Shown here in pieces: positions 12,846-23,413 of a DNA stretch of 64,000 nt. The stretch's first letter is position 1, and the number at the start of each line of letters is the position of its first letter. Both the position numbers and the translations under genes were made by a program. The notes under the pieces are model-generated. The model was not told the origin of the DNA. It did no database searches and saw nothing but the letters and a program-made list of their open reading frames with translations. The DNA is taken from NCBI GenBank assembly GCA_032718475.1, contig JAUCBJ010001928.1:1-64000 (forward strand). The letters are read 5' to 3'. The DNA comes from Nemertoderma westbladi (taxonomy: Eukaryota; Animalia; Xenacoelomorpha).

Positions 12846-12966
12846 TGGAATGCAATGCTATTTTGTTTATATGTATGTGTACGTGTGGGTGTTTTGCTGG
12901 TTTGAACTGGAATGCAATGCTATTTTGTTTATATGTATGTGTACGTGTGGGTGTTTTGCTGGTTTT
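12846..12966. repeat. ~61-bp tandem duplication
   Basis: CTGGAATGCAATGCTATTTTGTTTATATGTATGTGTACGTGTGGGTGTTTTGCTGGTTT occurs twice. Confidence 0.9.
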
Positions 12967-13083
12967 GGGTGTAGTTAGTTGGATTAACATGTGTCCTGCA
13001 CGTTAGGTCAGGTCAGGTATTCTAGGTCATTGATCAAGAAAACTTGCCACCTCCATGCAGCATAAAGGAGGTGCCATGGTTCG

Positions 13084-13232
13084 ACAACATTTGTGTCTAC
13101 TGTTGACGGTGACACAGGACCATTTGAAGTGTTATGGGGCGTCCTCCAGGGAGACACACTTGCACCATTCTTGTTCATAATTGTTGTTGACTATGTTCTA
13201 CGCATGTCCTTAGATCATCATAATGATGATGG
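13084..13232 (+). mobile_element. RTE-like LINE, left half (split by the BEL insertion)
   Basis: VDGDTGPFEVLWGVLQGDTLAPFLFIIVVDYVLRMSLDHHNDDG rejoins in frame with VMITPP...DLDFADDL at 32253 once the element and one TSD are removed. Confidence 0.92.
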
Positions 13233-14492
13233 TGTACGCGCTTTTGAAGACCTTTAGCAGTTTAACCTGCCAAAATTTATATGTCTTTTGGTTTATAAAT
13301 GTACTTTAGAAGATGACAAATATTTAATACCAATAAACACAACATTAGCAGAAGCCAGCCTAGTGCGCGTCCATTCACCCGCTGGATATTCCCGGGAGAC
13401 TGGATTCTGAGGGCTTAGATTATTATTGCAGTGAAGCTTACTGTATTGTATTATTCGATTGATCGTTAATAATTAATTTCTGACTAATATTATTTACTTT
13501 CGGGAAATATTAACAGTTCCTTTAGGACGTGGCGCTCTATCTAAGTAAACAGAGATATGACTTATACTAATCACAACGGTAAGTCGGTAAGGCTTAAGAT
13601 TCACGTATGAGGCGCATTCTTTAGGAAATGCTTAGTTATCAATCACAATCATGCACACTACCGGTAACACACAATACTGCTCACTAATTTGCCGACCGTC
13701 AATGAATTTTATCATATATAAAGAAAACAGCAACGGACCAATGTAGTGCTTATCAAATAGCATTAAATTCACTACAAACCACAACAATATAAGTCGCAAT
13801 CGCTATATATAACCCGTCTCTCTAACCTGTAGTGTATCAAGAAAATTGGGAAATTTGGGTTCTTTATATATGTTCTCCAAATAATATTCAACCAAAACAC
13901 AACAGTAAATAGCAGTATAATAATGTATGTTGAACCGATAATGTAAGACTGAAGTGAGATAAGATATGTGAATTGTTAAGATAACAGTTATACGCTCTAT
14001 AATTTAAGCCTACTAATGTTTCTTCTAAAAGTATGAAACGAATTGACTCTAGAGCCGTTGTTCCTGGCCTAGACAGCAATAACAACAAAGTATCAAGAAA
14101 AAACAGTAAGACTGAACACTCTCCTTATGATCGACCGAAAAGCTACACGTCGACAGGAAAAATCGCTCTGATTGGCTCAAGCCAAACAAAGAACCATGCG
14201 TCCAATGGCTGTTTCCATGTCAGCAACCAGCTGTTAGATGTCGTAATATGAATCATCACGGCTAAGCTATGAAAGGTATTTGTCGCATTGCAGGTTTTTT
14301 GCCTTACCATGTCCGCTAAAACACGTATATAGCAGAATGACTTTTATGTCCGTTAAAACACCTGTAAAGGTACCTTGCGGGCGAGGGGAATATATATACA
14401 GTTAGAGGACCCCTTTTAGAGTATTCCAGCGCCTTGGGGGAAACTGGATTGCGAAGCAAAAGGGCCAGTTATATCCCACAGAAGCTTTTACA
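13233..14492 (-). repeat. 3' LTR
   Basis: Direct repeat of 30987-32246; one mismatch noticed by eye (14435 T vs 32189 G). Confidence 0.97.
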
Positions 14493-14500
14493 CCGCTCCC
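14493..14500 (-). promoter_or_regulatory. Polypurine tract GGGAGCGG abutting the 3' LTR
   Basis: Identical in copy 1 (1467-1474), directly before TGTA. Confidence 0.8.
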
Positions 14501-14570
14501 AGAAAATGGGATTTGAGTCTATAAAATATACAAAATCACAGTTTCTAATATACGTAAATACTCTAAACAG

Positions 14571-15572
14571 TTAGTCTTTCTTGCGCGGACGGCGTTTACG
14601 CAGTTTTTTAAAGCTAGCAAGAGTCCTTTTCTCTTTGGGGCGAGCCACTTTACAAGGAGGGCTATAACTCCTGGGTGAAGGGTGCAATATGATTGCATCA
14701 GAGGGTGTAGGATTATGGTCGGTGTATCCGCCAGTCGAAGTACCGGGTTGATTGACATCAACGTCAGGTGAGAGGGGTCTAACGGCTTTGAGAGCTCGTT
14801 TCAAGACAGCCGCTCTTACGGGTCCTTTACGAGTGGTCTGAACGAGGGCCGTGGGTGGACCATAGGCAGTTAGAAACTTCCGGGGTTTAATGGTCCTTTC
14901 CAACTCGCGTTCGTGGGCTCGGTATTCGTAAGGCCTTCGATGTACTTCCTGCAACTCGGGGTGTGAGTTAACAAACAAGTCTCCATAGTCCGGATCCTGA
15001 CGGATATAATTGATTAAGTTATAGGAATGAAGGTCGCTAGGATTAACACTCCTGAGAAATTTGCGTACGAATTTAGTTGAAATACATTCTCCGACGCGCT
15101 TCAGTAGCTCGTAACTCGATATGCGTGATTTCTGTTCAACAGAAGCGAATAGATAAGGATGGAACGCATAAACTCCTTCGTAAGCGCGTCCGGGATAATA
15201 ACGATGGCGCGAATCACAATGTAAATCAGCGTTCGCTTCCCAAGCTCTGATGTAACGTAGTGTGATCATTTCATCTACGCTTTCCAAATCGTGATTAAAA
15301 GGGCAATCGAAACTGGCGTGTCCCTTTAGTTGACAATGGTGACATTGAGTCATAAATTGAGGGCAAACCGCAAAAACGTGCAAATTATTAAATCTGCAAT
15401 ACGCGCAATAAATTTCCATCGCCGGTTGTTCGTGGAAATAGGAATAGCGGATGTTTGTGTCCATGGGCGTAACATGGTCTCTCGATGCGCATAACCGACA
15501 ACGTTGCCGAGAAACATAGTTGGCATGGCGATAATCGTACGCAGTGAGACACTGTGGGCGCCTTGATACCAT
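14571..15572 (-). CDS. Accessory gene segment C: CCHC zinc knuckles and basic C-terminal NLS
   Basis: CRLCASRDH, CAYCRFNNLHVFAVC, CHHCQLKGHASFDC (CX2CX4HX4C), KKLRKRRPRKKD; conserved in copy 1. Confidence 0.82.
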   Translation of the reverse strand: MVSRRPQCLTAYDYRHANYVSRQRCRLCASRDHVTPMDTNIRYSYFHEQPAMEIYCAYCRFNNLHVFAVCPQFMTQCHHCQLKGHASFDCPFNHDLESVDEMITLRYIRAWEANADLHCDSRHRYYPGRAYEGVYAFHPYLFASVEQKSRISSYELLKRVGECISTKFVRKFLRSVNPSDLHSYNLINYIRQDPDYGDLFVNSHPELQEVHRRPYEYRAHERELERTIKPRKFLTAYGPPTALVQTTRKGPVRAAVLKRALKAVRPLSPDVDVNQPGTSTGGYTDHNPTPSDAIILHPSPRSYSPPCKVARPKEKRTLASFKKLRKRRPRKKD

Positions 15573-17278
15573 TCTATGATGTAATCGTTATCACTGTTCC
15601 GGGGCGCGATAGGCTGAATCTCTTCAGATTCTAGACATATTGGTTCGTCTTCCAAGTGCATAGCTGAAGTGGGCGCGTCTGTCTCTTCAGGTGGACCTAT
15701 TGTCTGAATTTCCACGACAGAATAACCTGTGGGGATTCGAGGTCTTTGTATAACTGAGGAGTGCAAGTTCGATATACAAATCTCTTGGAAAATGGCGAAT
15801 CCAGCGCTATCCAACTTCTCTGCAGCTGAGTTTCTTAGGCTGAGTTTGGTCAAAGCGCGGTCTTTAAATTGGCTATCCACGTTGCGAAACGGGGTTAAAA
15901 ATCGCCGGAAACATTCGAAACGGATGAATTTATTATGTTCATCTAGCTTAGCGAGTTTGGTCCCAAGTATTAATGGATGGGTGCGTATAGTACGACTGCA
16001 CACATCGGCTAGCCAACCGGCAAGTGCGGTGTTTTCAAAGATCGTGTATATAGCTAAGGAGGGACGGAGTGGAACACTCATGAAGCTATACACGGCGCCA
16101 GGTGCGGTCAATGGTCCATCAAAGTATAATCGAGAATAATGGTCTCCGTATACCTGTTGATAGTTAATGGGATTTCCGACTTTGAAATTCCATCCGTATT
16201 CCTGAAAGGCAAGATGTCCGATGGAAGTTCGTTGCACCTTGGTAATGTTGCTAGACGTATTAGCATACATGGTGCGGAAGAAACCTCGACCTTCTGCCCA
16301 GGGAGCAATCAGCTGAGTATCAACGAAAGGGTATGGAATGTCCTCCATATTCCGAAAGTCGTTTTGGAGATCTCCATAAACAGCTGAGCCGATTTTAAGG
16401 ATTCTTTCGTTGAACAACATCTCGAGTACGGGCTGGGGTAACATCGATCCATCGATGCCCATGGCCGGTTTGCGTTCGGTGTCAATGACGTAACGCTGCG
16501 CGAGTTCGAATTGTCCATGTCGGAGATTCTTTTGTGTTTCGGTGAGAGTTTCAAAAGAATAATCAATCAACTCGGAACACGCTCGAGTAAACACGTGGGT
16601 AGAACCAGCTAATCCGCGGATGTGGATCATGTGCGTAGTTCCTAGCTCTCCGACCGGAACGCTACCTTCATTATCGTAGGTGACAACTCCATACATCTCA
16701 ATAACATTAAGAGTTTCATTCCACTCCTTGGTGGCATTCTCTAGGGTCATCCCTACTGGATGCCACAAGGTGGCGCATTGGTTAGCGTCAGGGAGATCAC
16801 TATACTTCATATGCCGAGTGGTATACGTCTCCACATTTCCATATCTTTGTATTTTCTCTTCTTCAAATAATACATCTAGATTCCAATGGACTAATCGAGT
16901 TTTAATAAATCCATCGAGGTTATAAGGAGGTTCTATATCTTTCTCGATTCGAGAAATGTTATATGGTTTTCTAAATGAGTTTACCTTTACTAACTGATCC
17001 AGATGTTTCTGCAATTGTTCGAGTTCGACAATGTCTAGAGGATTTATTAGTGGTAGAAACTTTAAATCATGTGTCGGGTCTTCTGGTTTTACCATATAAT
17101 ATTGAGTCAGATTAACGTAATAAGGGTGGTCTTTAATCCCGTAAAACGAGTTCTGTAAAGGTCTAGCGCGTATGTTGACATCGTGTACCATACGACGGAC
17201 AAGATCCGCTCGATTGTCCGGAGGTTCAACGAGTATACCGCCAACACGAGCGGCCTCGATCGGCGGACGCTGTAACAT
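15350..17278 (-). CDS. Accessory gene segment B: DEDDy (WRN/EXD/Mut-7/RNase D-like) 3'-5' exonuclease domain
   Basis: ExoI VVTYDNEG; LPQPVLEMLFNERILKIGSAVYGD (ExoII); FVDTQLIA; SIGHLA; ExoIII-like PLRPSLAIYTIFE. Confidence 0.72.
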   Translation of the reverse strand: MLQRPPIEAARVGGILVEPPDNRADLVRRMVHDVNIRARPLQNSFYGIKDHPYYVNLTQYYMVKPEDPTHDLKFLPLINPLDIVELEQLQKHLDQLVKVNSFRKPYNISRIEKDIEPPYNLDGFIKTRLVHWNLDVLFEEEKIQRYGNVETYTTRHMKYSDLPDANQCATLWHPVGMTLENATKEWNETLNVIEMYGVVTYDNEGSVPVGELGTTHMIHIRGLAGSTHVFTRACSELIDYSFETLTETQKNLRHGQFELAQRYVIDTERKPAMGIDGSMLPQPVLEMLFNERILKIGSAVYGDLQNDFRNMEDIPYPFVDTQLIAPWAEGRGFFRTMYANTSSNITKVQRTSIGHLAFQEYGWNFKVGNPINYQQVYGDHYSRLYFDGPLTAPGAVYSFMSVPLRPSLAIYTIFENTALAGWLADVCSRTIRTHPLILGTKLAKLDEHNKFIRFECFRRFLTPFRNVDSQFKDRALTKLSLRNSAAEKLDSAGFAIFQEICISNLHSSVIQRPRIPTGYSVVEIQTIGPPEETDAPTSAMHLEDEPICLESEEIQPIAPRNSDNDYIIEWYQGAHSVSLRTIIAMPTMFLGNVVGYAHRETMLRPWTQTSAIPISTNNRRWKFIARIADLIICTFLRFALNL

Positions 17279-18786
17279 AGGGGCGTCAGCGATAAGGTTT
17301 TTCGATCCTGTACTGATATCAACTGTGGAATCATAGAGGGATGACGAACGGTTTTAGAGTAGAGGTCCGTCATGAGGATTTGAGCTTCAGGTTGGGCTAA
17401 AGCGGCTTCTTCTCTTTCTTCCAGTTTCGTGTGTTTCTCTTCGATTAGATTTTCTTCCGCTTGTCTCTGTAAGCGTTCATCTAAAAATTCTTGTAGAGAA
17501 TACGTGCGTCCAAGCTCGATGTCTTTCTCGAGGTTTTGGATTTCTCTATCGAACTGTGGCAAGGCTAACTCCTTCACCGATTGGACTTGTTGTTGTAATT
17601 TACGTTTCTCTAAACAATCTTGTGTTCCCTTTCCGATTTTCTGTCGAATGGCGTCTAAAGCGTTTCTTATAACACTCTCCTCGACTTCCGTGGCGGGTTG
17701 TATCGGGTTTAATCCTGGACGATTGTAAGGATCAAAGGGCGATATTAGCTGCCCGCATCCCAATCCGGCTAAGTAGGATGGGCGGATGTCTAACGAACCC
17801 ACTACCGGAGCACCAACGATTAGTTGTTCGGGTAACACTAAGTCTTTGAACAGGGAATATAGTTCGGGAGGATCAGTGATACTGCTAGGATCAAGAGTTT
17901 GAGGTCTCACTAGGGAATGAGGAGGCCTGACCGAGTATTCCGGAACTCTGATCATGGGTTTATTCAGTGATCGTTTAAGACGAGCGATCGTGGGTGGTAC
18001 GTCGAACAGGTTTCGCTCGAAACTCCCGTAAGTATAACGCGTAAAACTATGTTTAGCGCAACGTCTCCGCGGATGTTTATGTCTTTCAATTTGTTGGTTG
18101 GGTCTAGGGCATTCGTCACAATAATACCAAAGACGCACGTCCTGTAGAGGAAAAGCGGGTGATCGTTCTCCAGTTTTGCAGTATTCTTCCATTTGTTCAA
18201 AACTATCCGGGATAACAGGTAGTGGACGATCGGCGGTAAGATACATCATAGTGAAATAGAGCCGTTTGAGTTCGACTACAGGGTCGTGATGGATACCTTG
18301 AGGATATCGAGTCTCTAAGTTCTGCTGACTAGCGACGTTGAGATAGGTTTCTCTCAAAAACTCTAAGTATTCGTTGAAGTCGATGCATTTATCCGGTTCT
18401 TCAACGTTTTCTCTTTCCAGTCTATTACGAATAGAATTTTCGTGATCTATTCTCGGTTTATCGTTACGACTCCGCTGGGTATGATATTTAAATAGAACCA
18501 TTTCCCTTTCTGTATCTACATCGTCTGTATCATGTAAATCGATAGGATGGCCGGTCGTTAGGAAGTCCATATACGTACCATTACGATTCGTATAGTGAGT
18601 GGTGAATTTTCGATAGTCCAATTCACGCGCAAGTTGCTCTTGGGACATCGGCGGTTCGATATAACGACCATCGTCCTCCGTAATGGTTGGATCGGCTTCA
18701 CCGCGTATTAAGCTATCCACAAATGCTTGTAAAGGTAGAGTATATCGCTCCCTAATACCAAGATCATCTTCTATCAACTCCGTCAT
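17107..18786 (-). CDS. Accessory gene segment A: Cys/His cluster, Pro-rich linker and coiled coil
   Basis: 559-aa ORF; YCDEC...HKH...CAKH; E/Q/K-rich helical end; no signal peptide or TM segment visible. Confidence 0.75.
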   Translation of the reverse strand: MTELIEDDLGIRERYTLPLQAFVDSLIRGEADPTITEDDGRYIEPPMSQEQLARELDYRKFTTHYTNRNGTYMDFLTTGHPIDLHDTDDVDTEREMVLFKYHTQRSRNDKPRIDHENSIRNRLERENVEEPDKCIDFNEYLEFLRETYLNVASQQNLETRYPQGIHHDPVVELKRLYFTMMYLTADRPLPVIPDSFEQMEEYCKTGERSPAFPLQDVRLWYYCDECPRPNQQIERHKHPRRRCAKHSFTRYTYGSFERNLFDVPPTIARLKRSLNKPMIRVPEYSVRPPHSLVRPQTLDPSSITDPPELYSLFKDLVLPEQLIVGAPVVGSLDIRPSYLAGLGCGQLISPFDPYNRPGLNPIQPATEVEESVIRNALDAIRQKIGKGTQDCLEKRKLQQQVQSVKELALPQFDREIQNLEKDIELGRTYSLQEFLDERLQRQAEENLIEEKHTKLEEREEAALAQPEAQILMTDLYSKTVRHPSMIPQLISVQDRKTLSLTPLCYSVRRSRPLVLAVYSLNLRTIERILSVVWYTMSTYALDLYRTRFTGLKTTLITLI

Positions 18787-19600
18787 ATTTGCTATCTGAG
18801 TTTATTAATATCAAATAAGTTTGTATTTAGGCGAGCGGGCGTCGCTGCCTACTTCTCTTTGCCCCCGGACAGTGGGATTCTCAGCGCCGATGTACCGTCG
18901 TCGCGGTGTTTACGCCAACATGTAGCAACAGCACGACAACGATAACCGGCACAAGTCACTCCACTGTCCGTCCCAAAGGCTTGGATCCACTAAGGTTCTT
19001 TCTATAGGAGAGTTGGGCTATTTTTACAATTGCGACTAGCTACTGTAAACATACTTTAGCAGTAACATTCACCTATAAACGCACAAATTCCACACAACTG
19101 TCAACAACTGCACACACACAGGCCATTTGTCCGTTAGTCAGTGCCTTCCAGAATGTCACTTTATTACTGTGTATCCTTGGATACTAACAGTGTGCTATGT
19201 ATTCTCTATGCTATGCAATGGGACAAGCTTTCTATTGTTCTTTTAACTTGCTTCTAATTCTAGCGTGGGTGTTGCTATGGTGACATTATGGAAAGCTAGC
19301 GGTAGAATTAGGGTAATTCTCATGCATATAGATCTGGGATGCTATTTAATAATAATTCTTTAATTGTCAATATCCTCTTTATGCATGATTTTATTAATTT
19401 TATCGGCTATTGACTATATGTTGGAGATTCTCGCACTCTAATACACTCAATAGGATGAATCTCCGCTCCCATGATCTATTAATTAATGGAATTTTGGGAA
19501 TGTTATAAATTGTACAAAATGACAATTTATGAAATTCATTTAAAAATATGAATTTAAATTTATTCCCGTGAATTTTATTATTTGATGTTAAAATTGACAC

Positions 19601-19866
19601 AATTTGATTCCAGAGCAGGTCTGGGGACATAGGATCCTTAATTCCATGAAATTTGTCTTTTAAGAGTATCGGGAAGTGCTACGATATCTTAATCGACTAG
19701 AATTGTTAACGGATCTGAATTTTACAGGTTTTAATAAATATTAAATTAATATTTAAGATGGGCACCGATTTATTCCAGAACTTGTCTGGGGACGTTAACC
19801 ATTGATTCTAGAATTTGTCTTTCAAGTATATCGGTGGGTGCCGCGATATCTTAATCGACTAGAATT
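19601..19866. repeat. Diverged direct repeat (~100-bp core, ~165-bp period) in the pol-ORF3 spacer
   Basis: ATTCCAGA...GTCTGGGGAC...AATTTGTCTTT...CGATATCTTAATCGACTAGAATT occurs twice. Confidence 0.75.
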
Positions 19867-20413
19867 ACAGATGGTCAAAAGGTTTAACAGATTTATTTGC
19901 GTTTTACGCTACTGTTAGAGGGACATCACGCTACTATATGTATTATTTAATCTAAGGTAGAAGAGCAATATCGCACGAAGCAATGTCAGTGTGAAGAGGC
20001 AAGTCGTTTCCAAGGTCTACCCAGAGCTTGGTTTAGCCGAGACACGAGGATCTGAACTTTGCATTCCTAATACTCTGCCTACCAATAATACTTGAATATA
20101 GTAGTGGCTTTATTGTACTTTAAGAAGTACGGACATTTCATCTTACTGTAGTCACGTCTTTATAATATGATACGGACAGTAAGGATAAAGAAAAAAAAAT
20201 TATTTCTCGCCGTCGCACTAAATATATATTATAAGTAATTACGTACGTAATAAACACTAATATATTGCACTAATCTACTAAATAATACTAAAATAACATT
20301 CTATTAAATAAAATTGAATAAAAACGATTATAATAAAGTACATAATAAAGTTCGCATATAAAAATATAATAAAATAGATAAAATAATATAGTCATACACC
20401 CACTCCAGACGTA

Positions 20414-23413
20414 TCACGTTAGGGAGTCCCTAGATGTTTGAGGAATTAGGGAGGTAGTCGTAGGAAGAGTGTCTTGCCTTCCGTAGTTTCCAGAGAGTTC
20501 TCTGTCTCTTTCCAGTAAACATAAACGACCAACTGGGCGATTGAGTTGTTGCGTCTCAAAGATGATGCCTGGCTTCTTGAAGTTACGCCGCATGACGATG
20601 AGTTCTACCGAGCGTACTAAACCATCATCTGAGATGTGTGTCTCGATGATACGACCTGTCTGCCACCGTTTACGTGGGGGGTCTGGATCTACAATAAGCA
20701 CCATATCTCCGGCGCTGACGTTTTCTTGCTGCGCAAACCACTTAGTTCGAAGTTGTAGCGTGGGCAGATAATGTTTCTCAAAATGGTCAGCGAAACGACG
20801 GGATAGCAACTGCATAAGTTGCCAAGTTCGACGGCAGTATTCATCTCCGTCGGCAATCTCCGATCGTGGGAGCATGGCTACAGGTTTCTTCAGTAGGAAG
20901 TGCGCGGGTGTTAGCGCTTCCAGGGAATCGGGACTCGATGAGACTGGCATAAGCGGTCTCTCGTTGAGATAGGCAGCGATTTCCTCCATTAACGTCCGCA
21001 AAAGTTCGTCGGTGAGATACGCGCGGCATGGCACTATAAAGTGAAATGCGGTTTTGACACTTCGAATTAATCTCTCCCAACTTCCTCCCCACCAAGGGGC
21101 GTCGGCAGCGTTGAAGGTCCAGCTAGACGCTGTTATCCTTAGATGGTCGTCTACCTGTCTTTGGTTCCAGTCCTTCACGTAAGCCTGTATCTCGTTGTTG
21201 GCACCTATGAAGTTCGTTCCTTTATCCGATCTCATGGTATTACTCGTCCCGAAGCGAGCGATCTGTCGTCGTAAACTTAAGACGAAGCTGTTAGTAGATA
21301 GATCGTTCACCATATCGAGATGGATGGCTCTACAAGTCATGCACACGAAGATGACACACCATCTCTTGACTATAGTCCTTGCACGATATACTTCAATAGG
21401 GCCAAATAAATCTACACCAGTATTAGTAAAAGGTGGTTCATAGAAGCTTACTCGTTCCCTAGGTAATTCTGCCTCTCGCTGTGTTAAAGGCCTACTGAAT
21501 GCTTTCCTACAGGGTATGCAGTTCCTAAGAACTTGGTTCAGAGCTCTACGGGGTTTATCAAAATAATAGCGAGTTCGAATTTCGCTAAGAATTCGTTCTC
21601 TACCAGCATGATAAAGTTTACCGTGAACGTCTACAATCATCTTGATTTGTACTTCAAGATTTCTAATAAGTATGGGGAATTTGGTGTCAAAGGATAAGGG
21701 CGCGTTGGTGAGTCTTCCTCCAACACGTATTAACCCATCTATCATTGTGCTCGAGAATCGATCCCTTAAGCGCATCTGTGGATTTCTCAACAACAGGAAG
21801 TACTTTTCGGAATCCTCATAGCATTGCAGGAGTCTCAGTATCTGCTTATTTGTTTCTTCATACTCCTGGTGACTAATTTTCTCCTTTAGAAAACAATCAG
21901 ATATCTTATATTTGGGTAAATTCTTAATAACATGAACTTGTGCAGATGTCAATGGAGCGTGATCACTAGTGGTCTTCGTCCTGGAGTAGTGATGATGAAA
22001 ACATCGTCTTAAATATGTGACGGCTTTACAGAGCCGATTCCAGGAACTGTAATGATGCATTGCTCTCTGCAGCATGGGTGAGATTCCTTGCGAGACGTCT
22101 GGTATTCCAGATTTCCAATCTCTATCTCTAATTTCCACAACAGACTTATTTGTGTTGAGGGATTGTGGATCCGAAACATCATTCCCGGAAGTATGTAATA
22201 CAGATAGATCGATAGTCGGTTTAAATAACTTCGATTTACTCGCCCGGGTTTTAGGTTTGACTGTCTCCGCTCCCTTGGCTTGTCTAATCTCTGCCGTAGT
22301 AAGGTGAGGAGGCCATTCATCCTCTTCCTTGCTCAGGAAGTCGGGTCCATCCAACCAATCTGGAGTATCTATCAGTTCCTATGGAGTTGCTCCCCTGGAG
22401 GCGATATCGGCTGGATTAATCGTACCAGGGCAATGTCTCCATTGATCTATCTTTGTGCGACTAAGAATAATAGCTACTCGGTTAGTAACAAAAACGCTAA
22501 ACTGACAGACTTCATTGGTTAGATACTCTAACACGAGTAAAGCGTCGGTCCAATAAACCGTTTTCTCCAGTGGATAGTCGATTTATTCCGTTACGTTCCG
22601 GCCGATGGCTGTAGCGTATAAAGCCGCCTTTAACTCCGCTCGAGGAACCTTTAACTTGTTGTTAATCAATGCCTTAGAGGTAACCAAGGCGACCTTGATT
22701 CCATCCGGAGTTTCGACTCGCAGATATGCTACTATACCTATTCCCATGTCGCTGGCGTCTCCAAACACATGGAGTTGATAGGAATACGTAGGAAGAACAT
22801 GGCCAAAATATGCACGGGAAATTATAAAGTTCTCGATGGCAGGTAGAGAATCTTCCCATTTCATCCATTTCTTTAACAATTCCCCTTTAAGCGGATCGTC
22901 CCATGAGTGGTTTTCAAGCCACATTTGTTGTACTAAACTCCGAGCAATCAATATAACTGGGCTAATAAATCCCAATGGGTCGAAATAAGTGCTCAGGATA
23001 CTTAAACAAATCCGTTTGGTCCGAACTGGATTATCTCGCTGTTTTAACTGAAAAAACAGGATGTCTCTTTCAGTGTCCCACTTCAAGCCTAGCGTCTTGG
23101 TTTCAGGAAGATCGTCCTTTATTAAGTCTAGGTCTTTCGCTCCGCGATCTTCTACCGGTATGGCTTCCAGAAACTCACGGGAGTTGCTAGTGAATTTCGT
23201 CAGTCGAAATCCACCTCTTTTCAAACACTCTACCATTCCTTTCGCGACAGCTATGGCTTCTTCTACTGATGGAAGGGACCTTAAATTGTCGTCCATGTAT
23301 ATATTGCGTTTTATGTTGTCTATCACTTCTTTGGAGAAGGAGTCTCGGTTGTCATTCGCAGTGGTTCGCACCACGGAGCAGGCGTTGGAAGATCCCAAAA
23401 GATATGATCCCAA
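20414..23413 (-). pseudogene. pol: pol 3' part: RT (YMDD), RNase H, integrase; two in-frame stops
   Basis: NIYMDD, HVFGDASD, YWTDA, NPADIASRG, HGKLYH...CIPC, GVDLFGP, RSDKGTNF, GGSWERLI; TAA at 22583-22585 and TAG at 22379-22381. Confidence 0.93.

Noticed and set aside
13888-14251. Small ORFs inside the LTRs (also 31642-32005 and 1750-2037)
   Set aside because: Duplicated only because the LTRs are; not conserved in the sister LTR
14571-18786. Accessory ORF as an env gene
   Set aside because: No signal peptide, fusion peptide or TM anchor; it has nuclease and zinc motifs and an NLS instead
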